A DNA stretch of 64,000 nucleotides, taken from Microbotryum violaceum. Taxonomy: Eukaryota. The notes under the pieces were generated by a model. It had not been told where the DNA came from. It saw nothing but the letters and a program-made list of their open reading frames with translations, and did not search any database. The stretch covers positions 186,001-250,000 of the forward strand of contig CDLV01000010.1 in NCBI GenBank assembly GCA_001244265.2, given 5' to 3'. This document shows positions 27,422 through 39,959 of the stretch, piece by piece. Each line of letters opens with the position of its first letter. The stretch's first letter is position 1. The position numbers and the translations under genes are program-made.

Positions 27422-28047
27422 TTTGACGAGCCTAGAGAGAGAGAGAGATGGGAAACGTGGTTGGATGTAGTCGTAGTCGGGTGGGGAGGTCGTGTCGTAA
27501 GCGAGAACAAAATTGACGCAAGCGGCGAAAGAGGGAAGGGAAGAGGGAACACCACCGTCAGCATGCCTGATCATCAGAGGGACGTCCAGAAGTGTTTCCT
27601 GATCGAGGGAGAGTGTACTGACTTTGGTTACCTGTGCAACTAACGGATGCAGTCTTCGGGACGAAAGCTGGCGAAAGGCGGACCCGGGGCCAGACGACGC
27701 ACCCGCCGCGACATTCGAAATCGCCCAGCGCTCGCAAGCGACCGGCCCACAAAGGCCCAGCCAGCCTCGCACACTCCGCCAGCCAGGCGCGGTCGATTTT
27801 GACCAATTAAAATTGACCGGCAGCGGTGGGTGCGGGTGAGGCGCGCGCCCGGCCTGGCCCAGCGAGAAAGAAAAAAAAAGCTCAGTCGCTAGGCTGGCAG
27901 CTGGGGCCGAGAAACTCGCGGCAGGCTGAGGTAGGCTGCGGCAGGTATTTTGGCGCGACCAGAGAGAGAGAAACGACTCGCAGACCGGCCGGCTCTCGTT
28001 CCTCCGCCGTCTCGCCAGTCTTCCATTACCGACCACTCGACCACACC

Positions 28048-29058
28048 ATGACCAAGGTAAATACCGCGAAACTGCGTTGCACAACTCTTTGTTTCGGCAC
28101 CCACCCATCACACTGCAACGATTATCGACTTGAGCACAGCCAGTGCCCTGGGTTGGGATGCGACTGGCGCAGGCGACGACGACCGCCGCTGAGGCTCTGA
28201 AAAACCCGACCGCACCACACCATGATATCGACTACTCGTCAGAGCTACAGTGGACAGCATTCCGAAACCTATGGATTCATGGAATGGAATGGCTGTAGGC
28301 CGTTGGGGCTGGGTCTCCGCGTACGGGAGTGAACGCACGCACGCACGCACGCACGCACCAGCAATCGCCCAGGAATTGCATTCGCACTCGACCCGCACAC
28401 GGCACACGCCGACAATCGCGCCTACGCCGACGCCCACGCCTCCGACCACGCCACGCCGGCCCATCTACTACTACACACGACGTGTAATACACTTGTGGGA
28501 ATAGCTGCTGACGTAGCTTTCGTTGTTCGTTACAACTGCTGTAGGGTACAAGTTCGTTCGGAAAGCGTCACACCAAGACGCACACGTGAGTTGTACAACA
28601 CTCTACACCGGCTCGTCTTTCCCTCAGAGACTGATCTTTCCTCTCTCCTTCCTCCTTCCCCCAGTTTGTGCCGTCGATGCGGTCGACGTGCTTTCCACAA
28701 GCAGCACAAGTCGTGCGCTTCGTGCGGATACCCGGCTGCCAAGATCCGCTCTTGCAAGTTACCGTTCAACTCAGCCTCTTGGAAACAAATCAATTCCACT
28801 AACCCCTGAACCTCTCTTTACTTGAAAACAGACGAGTGGGGACAAAAGGCCAAGCGAAGAAAGACGACGGGTACCGGCCGCATGGCCTACCTCAAGGATG
28901 TCTCGCGTCGATTCAAGAATGGGTACGTCTCCATACTCAACTTGGTCGATCTGACTGGGGAAGTGCACTGATGTAACATCCCGCTCTCTCTTGGCTTTTC
29001 CTCCAGCTTCCGTGAAGGTACTACCGCTACTCGCAAAGTCAAGCCTTCCTCCGAATAA
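28048..29058 (+). CDS. RPL37: 60S ribosomal protein L37/eL37, 5 exons
   Basis: [82 protein letters not shown]...KPSSE*. Confidence 0.96.
28333..28358. repeat. (ACGC)n tetranucleotide microsatellite in RPL37 intron 1
   Basis: acgcacgcacgcacgcacgcacgcac. Confidence 0.85.
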
Positions 29059-29527
29059 ATCCACCGCGCACACGTCCACCACCTCGAGTTACTAGGAGCA
29101 ATGCCACGATGTCTTTTGTCGAGGAGTGATCGCATTCATCGAAGAACGGAGCTATTTGAAGAAAGGACGAACGCGGAAGAAGGAGAAAACGTGTGTATAG
29201 GAGGGGGAACGAGACGGGATGGCGACTAAAAGAATGGACTTCGACATCGTCTCCTCGTTCGTCTCCTTTCCCGACCCTGTTGTCAGTGTTTCCAACATCT
29301 CGGCAACTTCATCTTTTCAAAAAGCACACAATTCTTCTCACTCCGTTTTTCACGGCCTCTTTTTTCGAGCGGTTCTATCTTTTCGTTTGTGCAATCGATT
29401 CTTGATGATCAAAACGAAACCAAACTTGCTGGGGCCATGCTACGTCCGAACGATTCCGGTCTCGATTGCACTTGTCAACAGGGGTCGTCAAACACACACA
29501 AGTTGAGAATCTACACTAACACCCTAC

Positions 29528-30042
29528 TCAGACTCCTTCACCCTCTCCCGTGGCCCCTTCCAACCGTCCACCCATCGAAGCCTCTTGCAGCGCCACAAAA
29601 GCTTTAGCCAACTTCTGATATTCCTCCAACAATTCACCCACTTGGCCGACCCTAAGCTCCTCCACTTGGATCCCCAAGAACCTAGCAGCGGGGCGGACCC
29701 CCATTGTGGCCGCTGCTGCTGTCGTGATCGGGGTGATCCCTTCGACGTTATTAAGGCTGGAGAGTGTCGATCTGCGCGATCTCGATGGACTCGTCGAGGC
29801 GAAGGCGGAGGAGAAGAATCCCCCCGAAGAAGGTTTGATTCCTGAATTCGTCAGATTCGTCGTTGCTGAATTCGTCGCTTGTTTTTCCACTCCTGTGGCA
29901 CCGTTCCCACCGGAAGGTCCGAATCGACTCAAACCCGGGAAACTGGCGATCCGTTCGCCCAACGAAGGTCGATCGTCCGTCGCGTCCCTTCGGAGAATGG
30001 AAGAAATACTCCTGATTGAACGTTGATCACTTGCAATAGTAC

Positions 30043-30092
<50 letters not shown>

Positions 30093-33000
30093 TCAGCTTC
30101 CACCTCTTGCATGTGATCAGGTTCGACGTAGTCCTCAACTGGAAGTTCCAAATCGTCCGTTGCGCCCGGAACGAAATCGACCATCTCCCTCTCCTTCCCA
30201 CTTCCCTTACCTTCCTTGATCCCCTCTGAGTCAAACCCCACCGTCCCATGGACACTCTCCTCCACCTGATTCGTCCCCATCTTACTCCCCTTCCCCGTAC
30301 CATGTATCCTCCTCAAATAACCCCCCGTAGCTTTCTTCGCCACCGCATTACCCGCCCCATCCAATACACTCTTAACATCCTCAATCGTCTTGGGTGCGAA
30401 CCCACCCGGACCGAATAACATCCCTACAACGTTGACGAGTGATCGATTAGCTTGATCGACGAATTGGTCCAGTTCGCGAGAAGTGACTTGTTGAGAGAGA
30501 GTTTGGCTAGTCGTTTTACGAAGGGAGGAGATTGAGGAAGCGCGGGAAGTTCGAGTGCTAAGGGAGGAGAGGAAGGAATTCGCTCCTGTGGTCGTCGTGG
30601 AACCGGATTCGAGAGAGGTCTTGTTGGTTGAAGCTGAGGGTTCGATCATTCCTAGGGAGGATACTTCGACGGTCGTAAGGAATTCAATGACGGCTTGGAT
30701 GTTGGTCGCGCAGTAACTCGCTTCGCCGCGCATCAACGACTCGGCGCGGAACCTTTGTGCGTATTTGAGATGTGATGGCAGTGGGGGATCGTGTTGTAGG
30801 GTCGCGTAAATGAGGAGAGGGAGGATCAAATCCGCACTTGAGGAGGCGGGGGCTTTTCGACTTCTAATTGAGCTCGCTTTGGACGAAGAGGGGGCGATGG
30901 ACGTCCTCTCTTCTACGATTGAGGTAGGTTTGGACGACGCGGCAGCACCAGGTGTTGGTATTGTTTCCTTCGGTGGCTTCAGATCAAAGACCGACGACGA
31001 AAGCGCCTCCTCTACGGATGGTTCCAACTCGGACCCGGCAAGGGAAATTTCTGGCACCGCCGGAGGCGAAAGCCCGTCCCTCTCTGCACCCTTGTACGTC
31101 GCCGCCGTCGGCGTCTTGAGTAACGAGTCTTCATCTTCCTTGACCTCCCGAGTAGGTGAAAGTGACCTCGAATCACTCCCTATCGTCATCAATGACGTCG
31201 CATCGTCCATCTCGACCTCCCCACCCGAGCTCGAAGCCGCATTCACCGAAAGGTCCTTCTTCAACGGCACAGGCGGCAACTCGCTCAATTGATCCACGAT
31301 CAATTGATGAACACCCACGAATATGCCCAGTTTCGCTTTCGGTGATCGAAGCTCTTCTTCATCACTTGATAATCGATCCAATTCCTTCCCGACCAAACTG
31401 ATGACGTCCTCCAACGACTCGCGCATCGTTCGAGGTACTTTAGCCCATTCCTCGTTCGCTTGAGGCGCATCGAGATCGACGCCTAGATGATCCAAAAAGA
31501 GGTCCATGGCTCTCAAACCTCTAATCCTCGAACTCAACTTGTCGTCCTCTTGTACATCCGATGCCTGAGAAGGGGAATACAATCGATCGTACAATACGTT
31601 CGTGAGAAGTTGTTCGACACGTTCCAAGGCCTCGTCGACGCGCGTTTCGAGGCTCGCGAAATCCGAAGCCCCGAAAGAGTTTTGTTCACCCCCTTTCGAA
31701 GTTATCATCAATGTCCTAATCGAACGCCCTAGATCGACCCTCGTCGCGTCACTGAGGTTTTGATAGAGATCGGCAATCTCCTCGATCGAAGGGGTGGTCG
31801 ACGATGAATTGATGCCGGGTGTGGTAGAAGGGTAGGGAACGATCTTCTGGACGAACGTGACGACCCTTTCGATGATGACGTTCTCGTTACACCCTTCAAT
31901 CGACTTTAGACCCTTTCGAATCCCATCGAGCGTACCTCGGAGCACGTCCTTTTGCATCTCCTTGGTCCGAATGGTCTTGCCGATTGTCAAAACTGACACG
32001 TCAAGATGATGTCGACTCGTCGTCGTCGTCGATGTCGTGGTTGTCCGTGTGGATTGCTCCGATGTCGATGTCGTCGTATTGGATAATAGACCAGGGGGTG
32101 CAGGAACGACAGGAGGGAGATCATCATTCGTCGGTTTCGCGAAGAGAGCGGCGAGTCGACTACTCGTTGACGATCCGGTAGGCACGGCGCGACCCCCCGT
32201 TATCCCCACAATTGCGCCTCTGGAGGAAGAAGGTCGGGGGATTGCGAGTTTCGAGATCGTCGAGATGAGAAAGATGGAAGGGTACGAAGCACTCGTCACA
32301 TCTTGTTGAATGCTATGTAGGATCGAGCTAGGGGTGATCGTAGAGCTGCCAGTCAGTTTGGGAAACTTTCGGTGGCGAAAACAAAGAGGATCTTCAACTG
32401 ACCTCAGCACCTTGGGCTCGTTCAAATCCCGCGCCGAGTCAAGTGGACAATGACTCGCAAACACAATCTCGTTTCTTCATGCCAAAACCCGATGGAATCA
32501 GCCTTGGTCCCAAAGTAAAACCCGTCTTCCAATCAGAGACGTACTGATCAATGAACCCCCTCATCCCCCCCAACGTGACAAAAGCTTTCCTCGGCGCCTT
32601 GGTCGACGTCGAAGTCGAGGGCAACTCCTGAACGAGTGCAAGATGGTCGATGAAGAAGCTCGAACTGAGCGTCGTATTACTCGGAATCTTTTCCGCCGGC
32701 AGGAGGAGAACGGCCTGGGGCACATTGATTGAGGAGTCGATCAGTTACCCGCGAACACACCAGAAAATCAGCCTCGGGTCTTCCCCGTCGAGTTGATTTT
32801 GCACCCACCCTTTCATTGGCCGTTAAAGCTCCCAACACACCACTCCAATCCGCCTTCTCCCCTTTTACGAACGCGCTCACCAACCTATTAACCATCATCG
32901 CGCCGACCGAATCGTTACCCAATCCCAACGCCTGAACCTCTGCTTTGAGTTGTTGGCCTTGCAACTTTTCCTGCGCTTCACTGATCGAACGGGCGTAAGC

Positions 33001-33579
33001 TCGAGTGGTCGTTGTCATTGAAGACGAAGAAGAATCCTGGTTTCTGGCGGACGGTTTCGCATAAGGTAAGGTCGAATTTGAAGGACGAGAAACCAAAGGT
33101 GGAGCAGCGGTCGTCAACGGACTTGAAGGTAACGTATCGGCCATCGTCGACGAACCATCGTCCTGATGGAACGAACTCGTCCTAGTAGGCATACCGGAAC
33201 CCGTCGTTGTCGATCTTGAATAAACAACACAAGTACCACCTACACCACCCCCCGCGACAGCTCCTAGTGATCCAGTCCCGTTTCCGTTTCCGGGTCCAGT
33301 TGAAGCGCCGAGGTCGTTTTGGTGAGGTGGTGGGGAAGCCAATAAAGGATGAGCGGAGAGAATGTCGTTCGATGATTGGCGCAGCGTTCGACGGGCTGAG
33401 GAACGACCGAGCGATCCTGTACTGGGCTTCGGACTTGGACTCGTGGTTCGACTGTTTGTAGTGGGGGACGGGGGAGTGGCAGATCCGGACGAGGTTCCGA
33501 TAGGTCCTCCTCCTCCTCCTCCTCCTCCTCCTCCTCTTTCGACCGTCGATGACGACGACGATGGGGAGGGTTCGTTCAT
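29528..33579 (-). CDS. VPS9-domain Rab5-family GEF (Muk1/VPS9D1-like), multi-exon
   Basis: LYDRLYSP...DDKLSSRIRGL, SPKAKL and SSADLILPLLIYA...LKYAQRFR...MRGEASYCATNIQAVIEFL match the VPS9 catalytic motifs. Long low-complexity N- and C-termini. Confidence 0.85.
30045..30090. repeat. (GTC)n trinucleotide repeat encoding poly-Thr in the VPS9-domain gene
   Basis: About 15 GTC units; in frame as ACG (Thr) on the minus strand. Confidence 0.9.
33504..33536. repeat. (CCT)n repeat encoding poly-Gly near the N-terminus of the VPS9-domain gene
   Basis: tcctcctcctcc... translates as a run of Gly on the minus strand. Confidence 0.9.
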
Positions 33580-34155
33580 TCTATCGTGTTATGGTGGGTC
33601 GTCTGGTACGACCACTGATGAGGCGATCCGGTATAGCCGCTGCTCCGCCAATAAAGCAATGCAGGTCAGGAGCAGAACTCGAACGGTGCTCCACCGAGAC
33701 ACGAACGCGCCGCGCCCAACGTTTGAAAACCATCGACGTCACATATCGTCTACGTCACACTGCTCAGACAACGTCGAAACGTAAAGTTCTGAATTTGCGC
33801 GTTGCAGTGGTCCAAAAAAGACAGAAAGATAAGCATGTACTACTCCAAAGATAAATAAAACAGCTAGGGTCATGACGGGTACTGCCAAGAGCAGAAAATG
33901 GTCCGGGCTCACGCGGCCGCGGCGAGGCGACGAGCATCGTGAGGACGAAAGGGGAGTTTGACCATAAGCAAATGAAGCATAGAAATACGAATGTAGGGGG
34001 TCGGGGAAGGACTTCCGTAATCCGTATCCGTTGAAGGCAGAACTGACCAATCAATCGCCAAAACGTGATAAGGAGGGGCAAGAGAAGAGGAAGAGGATCG
34101 GAAAATGGCGCATCGACGCCAGACGAGAGATTCGTGATCAAAACACGAGCAGGTC

Positions 34156-36188
34156 CTACACCTGCCCTTTGATATCGACCTTGGTGAACTTGGCCAAAGC
34201 GAGTTGTAAACTCCCTTGCACGGTCTTACAATCCAATCGTTTGTTCGCATCCGGCGTCCCCGGTGTGAAAGGTTTAAATTGACTGGCGTTGTGTTTGGTC
34301 AAAAAGGCGATGAGGTCGTCGAGGTCGTCGACTTCGATGTAGGTGTTGTTGGGTCCTTTAACCGATTTCTGGAAAGCGAACTGCGATGCTAAAAAAGTGA
34401 GCTCAATATCCAGGTAGCTGGTGGGTGGAAAAAAGGCGGAAGAAAGTCAGTCCCCTCCATAATGGCGGGTGTCCTCGAGCCGCCCACCTTTTCGTCAACA
34501 GAACCAAGCCAGAGACCCGTTCTCGATCGACCATCGGATCCATCAGGTAGCCGTTCATCCCCGGCGCGGACTTGAACAACCGGAAAAATTTGGCATAGTT
34601 GCCTTGCGACGAAGCGAGCCGGACCGCGAGTGCGTGCGCGACAGCCTTATGCTTGGTGTCTTCAGGTGTCAGATTACCTAGTGTGGCGTTGAGTTCTGCG
34701 GAAGGGGGTTAACGATTAGCTCAGTATCCCATAACACGTAATGCACGAGCTGAGACTCACCAGCTCGGTTCCGAGAATAGAGCAGGTATAGGATGCGGTA
34801 AGCGAGGAACTCTTCTCGGTGACCGGGTATCCCCAACTTGAACAGATCGCGCAGCTGGCCTTGACATTGATTGAACTCGCCCAAATCGCCCTGTGGACCC
34901 TCAACACGGTCTCAGTCTCGCTTCGACAGGAATCATGGAAGACGTATTGGGACCCACATTCTCCAATGCTAGTCGACCGTGGATCTCGTAAACTTGGACG
35001 ACGAACTCGTTCTTTATTCGTTGCACCTGCGCAGTTATGATCGGCGGGATAAGCAAAATCAGCTAAAGTGGCCAGAAACGCTTGGCAGACCGCGACCGCA
35101 CTCACGGTCAAGTCCTGCCGCATACTCTTGAACTGGTCGCAGATCCACGGGTAGGTCACCTCGCCATCCTTCCACTTTTGTTTGAGCACCTCAAAGCTTT
35201 TTTTCAATACCGGCAGAGGTCGTATTGTCGAAGGATCAGGGACCTGCAACAGACATAAGGAGCGGGGTCGACAGCAGATCTTGACTCTTGGGTATGTGAT
35301 GATCTTACGGAGGTCAGGCGCAGGAAGCGCTTCTCGAGTACGGTGCTGGTACCGACGATGGTATGATGATCCCAATCGATGACGTTCTGAGTGACGAACG
35401 GAAGATGAGCCCGTGCTTGGACACGTCTGCTCTACGAGAGAAACGGACCGGATCATACACGCTGTCCGGCTCGGGCGTCGAGCTGTGAAACAAAGGGTTG
35501 ACGCCTGCCTGGGCCAATCGCCCGGGTGGGTTCGCTGCAAAAGAGGAAGAAGTGGATGCGACCCCGTTGCCGAGCGGGGAACCATTGTTGAAGCGCCGAG
35601 CTCGCTCCTCTCGGCGATGGTTTTCGAGGCCATGGGTGATGCCGTAGGATGCGGGTGATGAGTGGACGATGGAAGGAGCTTTGTGGGCGATTCTGGGAAC
35701 ACGTAGAGGTGAGGTCAGTCTAGTGCGTGTGGGGAGGGATGGAGGGTATATGGGCGGTCTCATGTGCGCCGGACTCACTTGCGCTTCTTGGACGGTGGTT
35801 TCAGGCTGTGATGAAGGAAGGACCGGGTCAACAGAGTCATACAGAGCTGAGCTTTGTCCGTCGACCCACCTCTCCAGCTCGACCTTTGACCAGTCAATGT
35901 TCCAGAGCTCGTCTTTGCTGCGCTTGAAGGCGTCAAAGATGAGCGTTTTGAGCTCCTTCTCGACCGCGGGACGGTTATGGTCGGTGCATTTCGCGAATGT
36001 GTCGTTGACAAAGGCTCTATAGGAAGTGTGGAGTGGGAAAAGGAGGGGCGAATGACGAGAGGAAGGGTGGAATGAACCCAAACGGGTGGGTGGGAACGAA
36101 CGTCAGTGGGTCGTCATGGCTGGTGATTGATGGGTGATGATCGGACTGACTTGAGAGCAGGTGGCCAAGTGTTGTTGGTAGTGGCCAT
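34156..36188 (-). CDS. THP3: SAC3/GANP (PCI) domain protein, Thp3/LENG8-like, multi-exon
   Basis: VGTSTVLEKRFLRLTS|VPDPSTIRPLPVLKK...WICDQFKSMRQDLT, VYEIHGRLALE, DLGEFNQCQGQL...HREEFLAYRILYLLY, C-terminal KVDIKGQV*. The start is tentative (MATTNNTWPPAL). Confidence 0.88.
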
Positions 36189-36681
36189 GCTTCAAGGTGT
36201 GAACTGTACGCAGAGACAAAGGTCAGTAGTAGGGGATGTGTATGCGGATGTGGATTCGGGGGTGAATGCTGATGGCCGAGTTGGAGGTGCAACAGGTTGA
36301 ATGGCTTAGGCGTCGAGGTAGACGCAGAGCGGTTCAGGGGTTTAGGCAGGCACAGCGCGTAGATAGTGGACAGCGTGGAGAGGTAGGCAGGATGGATGGT
36401 GCGTTGTCGCTCCTCAGATCGACCTCAAGAGAGCCTCAGAGCGTACGACGGCAGACGACGGCCGACTCGGGCCACCTGCCAGCTGCAGCCTGCGCGTCGA
36501 TCGCACGGACCTCCCTGTCGCTCGCTCAGGCCCGTCGATCGGCGAGGCATGCGAGGCCCAGTCGGGTCGGGTCAATCACACCGGTAACGGTGTACCTGGC
36601 CGCGGCTTGGCTGATAACTCTTTCCCTCTCTCCTTCCCAAGAGTCCACGTCTCGAAGGCCGGAGCCCAACTCCACCACAGC

Positions 36682-39337
36682 ATGGGTTCAGTCAACAGAC
36701 CGGCCAAACGTGCAGCCGATGACGACGACGACTCCAATACGAGTGCGCCCGGCCAAGCATCAAGCTCATCAGGGGCGCCTGACAGTAAAACTCCAATCGA
36801 GCGCCGTCCCAGTCAACGCCAGCGACTGAACGAGCCAGAGACGGAGACGGAGCCGATCGACTTTGACGGTCTCGCGATCACAACCGACACCGAGGCGGGA
36901 TCGTCTTGGCTCAACGATGTATCCATGCCGCATGCCCATCATCCTTTTTTGATCTCATCATTGGCATCGGCGACGGGTGGGACGGCGTCTGGCTCGGCGT
37001 CAGCTCAGCACGACGACGATGACGACGACGAGCAAGCTCAGCCCCGAGACAGAGATAGTTGTCACGAACTGCAAAGTCTCATCCAAGATGTCCAACAGCA
37101 GAGTAGACAAACACCCGATGGATCCATCACCTGGTCAAAGCAACAGGTCGATCAAGTCGTCGATGTACTCCAACTCGCTTTACAAACCCGTCAGTCCCAA
37201 AGATGCCTTTTTACCAGTCCCTCAGTTGGCCCCTGTCACTCTTGACTCGGGCGAGCTCATCGCGCATCCTCCTCTTCTCTCATCCAGAACTCGACAGACC
37301 TCTCACCAAGAGGGACTTGTTCCAACTCTTGAACGACAAGTCAACATCACACCACCCTCGAGCCGCATCCTGTGACAAGCTCAAGCCGGCCCCTCATGAG
37401 TCAGTTTTCCCGGATCTTGGGCCCTACTCCCGACCATCGAGATTGGCTCGATTGACTCTCCCCACTCTTCATCCCACCCAGCCCCGTCGCATATGGCAAG
37501 AGAGCCATCAACCGTCTACCGATGGATGTAATCCTCGTCATTGTCGATCATCTCAAGGCCCTGGCCTACTACGACCCCCACCTATCCTACTCTCATACTC
37601 AACGTGCCATCCGAGCTTGGACCGAGATAAACTCGCTTGCACGTGTAAACAAGATGTGTGAGTGGAAGGACCACGTTTGGTCTTGTACGCTCAACTTACG
37701 CCTCGAGTCCGCTCCATGCAGTCCGCTCCTGCTGCAGACCAATCTGTCACTCTGAAACACTCGTACTCGAGCTTAAGATGCTGCCCAACCTCTCGCGTCG
37801 ACTACAGCAACAACCGAGCATCGCATTGGGCCTGCATTCGTTACATCTACAGCTGCTGTGGGTCATGTTATTCGAGAGATACACAAACCTACGCTCCCGT
37901 GCTGATGTGCCACTTCTGCAGCTCATTTGAGGACTCTCGTCAAGCCAAGCACGACTATGGCTTCCTCTTGCCCGACATCATCCGCCAAGTACCTCACCTC
38001 CGCCGGCTGTGCATCATCGTCGATCGCGATATCGCCTATTCACGGCCACGTAATCTTGACAGCTTCGACGACTTCACCGGTGGCGTGCGCATGTCCGAGT
38101 TGATCGTCGATTGCTTGCCTTCGCTCGATGAGCTCGTGTACGGCGCCCCGGTCTCGATGGACGACATCAAGGGTTTTTTAACGCTCAAGGACTTGCGTGC
38201 ACTAGACATCACGGGCTACGTCGACCCCTCACCCCCTTCATCCCAATTCAAAACATGTCTTCCCGCCTTGCGTCGATTTTGGTGCCCCACAGCGCTCTTT
38301 TCGGTCTCGCAACTCCATCGTCTCTTCCTTAAATCCTCACGCTTGACCGAGCTCGCCTTCATCTACGACCTCGACCGAGCCGCGCACGCAGCATCCAATT
38401 GGACGCAGTCCGAACTTGTAGACGAGAGGTTGGATCGATTGGGGATTCTGTTTGGCACGATTGGGGGTGGGTTGAAAAGTTTGAGGATCAAGACTCCGGC
38501 AGCGGATGATGAGTCCGAGGCGGCGTTGGGCAGGGGCTTTGGAGCTGGGTTCGCACCGCTTCTCCAGGCGGCGATTACGGTTGGTGAGTGATGCGTTCTG
38601 CGCGCGAGGTTTTGAGTGGTCTCGGTCCGAGGTGTTGATCATTTTCTGTTCCGGCAGCGATTCCGATTGCATTTGGAGGCGGCGCAGGGGGGTTCGCCGC
38701 ACACGGACCAGGACCGGCCCCACAAGCCGGTGGCAACGTACCAGCGAACCTGAACCGTGGCGCGGGTGGTGGCGGAGGTGGACCCCCCGCTGGCGCTGCT
38801 GCAGGTAACCCACCCCCTTTTGCAGGCCAACGAGGTCCTCCCCCCGGCCAACACCAACAACGTTTTGTCTTTGGTGGGGGGGCCGGTGGACCAGGTGGTG
38901 GTGGGATGCCGCAGATGGGGCCGAATGGCAACATCTTTGGTGGTGCCGCTGCTCCAACCGAACAAGATCCGATCCCTTTCTTTGGAATGATCATTTCGTC
39001 TTGTCCCAACCTCCGACATCTCGAACTCTATGGACGACGATACAGATCTTCGCACATTTTTAAACTCTTTCAACTCCCCTTGCGCCATCTCACTCTGACG
39101 ATTCCTGTCAACGCCGTCGAACAATATTTGACGATCGATGCAATTGCAATAGCGCTTGATGGGGAGGAGAAGGGGGAGGAAGAAGTGTGTAAAATCTGGG
39201 CGCAAGGATTGAAGCAGTTGGAATTGAGTAATATGGGTGGCGAATGGTCACCTGCCGAACGGAGGAGGGTCAAGATGGCGTGTGATAGAAGGGGGATCGG
39301 ATTCGCGACGACGGACTCGAAGAGTAGTTTGTTTTGA
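36682..39337 (+). CDS. F-box-like/RNI(LRR)-like hypothetical protein, multi-exon
   Basis: Disordered N-terminus, F-box-like LPMDVILVIVDHL...LARVNK, LRR-like segments (PHLRRLCI, DLRALDITG, ALRRFW, CPNLRHLELY, PLRHLTL, LKQLELS) and a Gly/Pro-rich insert. Confidence 0.65.
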
Positions 39338-39959
39338 AGACGGGGTTTGGGGTACTACACGATCTAGAGTTAAAAGTTGAGATGATGATAGTCGCAACTT
39401 ATTCGCTTTCGCATTGGCTGTGGGACCAGTCTGCAAGTCATCGGCGTCGGAAGTTGCCACACGGGTGAATGCACTCCCGATTTCCCTTTTTCCGGGCTGC
39501 ACCTTCCGAGACGCGTTCGCACGCGCGCCTGACAGAGGTGTGAGTGACGGGTGGGCGGGGCCTGGTAGGGCCTGGTCTGGCCTGGTGGGACTCTGGACTA
39601 ATACTTTGGAGCTCTGGTGGGGCAGGTTTTATTAGGTGGGCTCCTTCGACGAACTGACCGCTTCCGCCCCTTTGCACCTTACCGCCGCGCTGCTGGATGT
39701 GGCGGTGTAGTTGATCGATACGGCTCATCATCTCGAGGATATCGCAGAAGGTCTTCCATAGACGCCGTCGTCGCTCTGAGCTCAATACCGTAGGCTCCGC
39801 TCCTCGACCGAACACCTCAATTCGTCGTCGTCGTCATCAACCAATCACCGTGATTCGCACCTCAAGTCTAGTCATCCTCAGCACCTTCAGCTCGCTCAAA
39901 CTTTTACAAACTGGAACAGGTCTCGATCAATCCTCTCACAACGCTACCATCATCACAAC

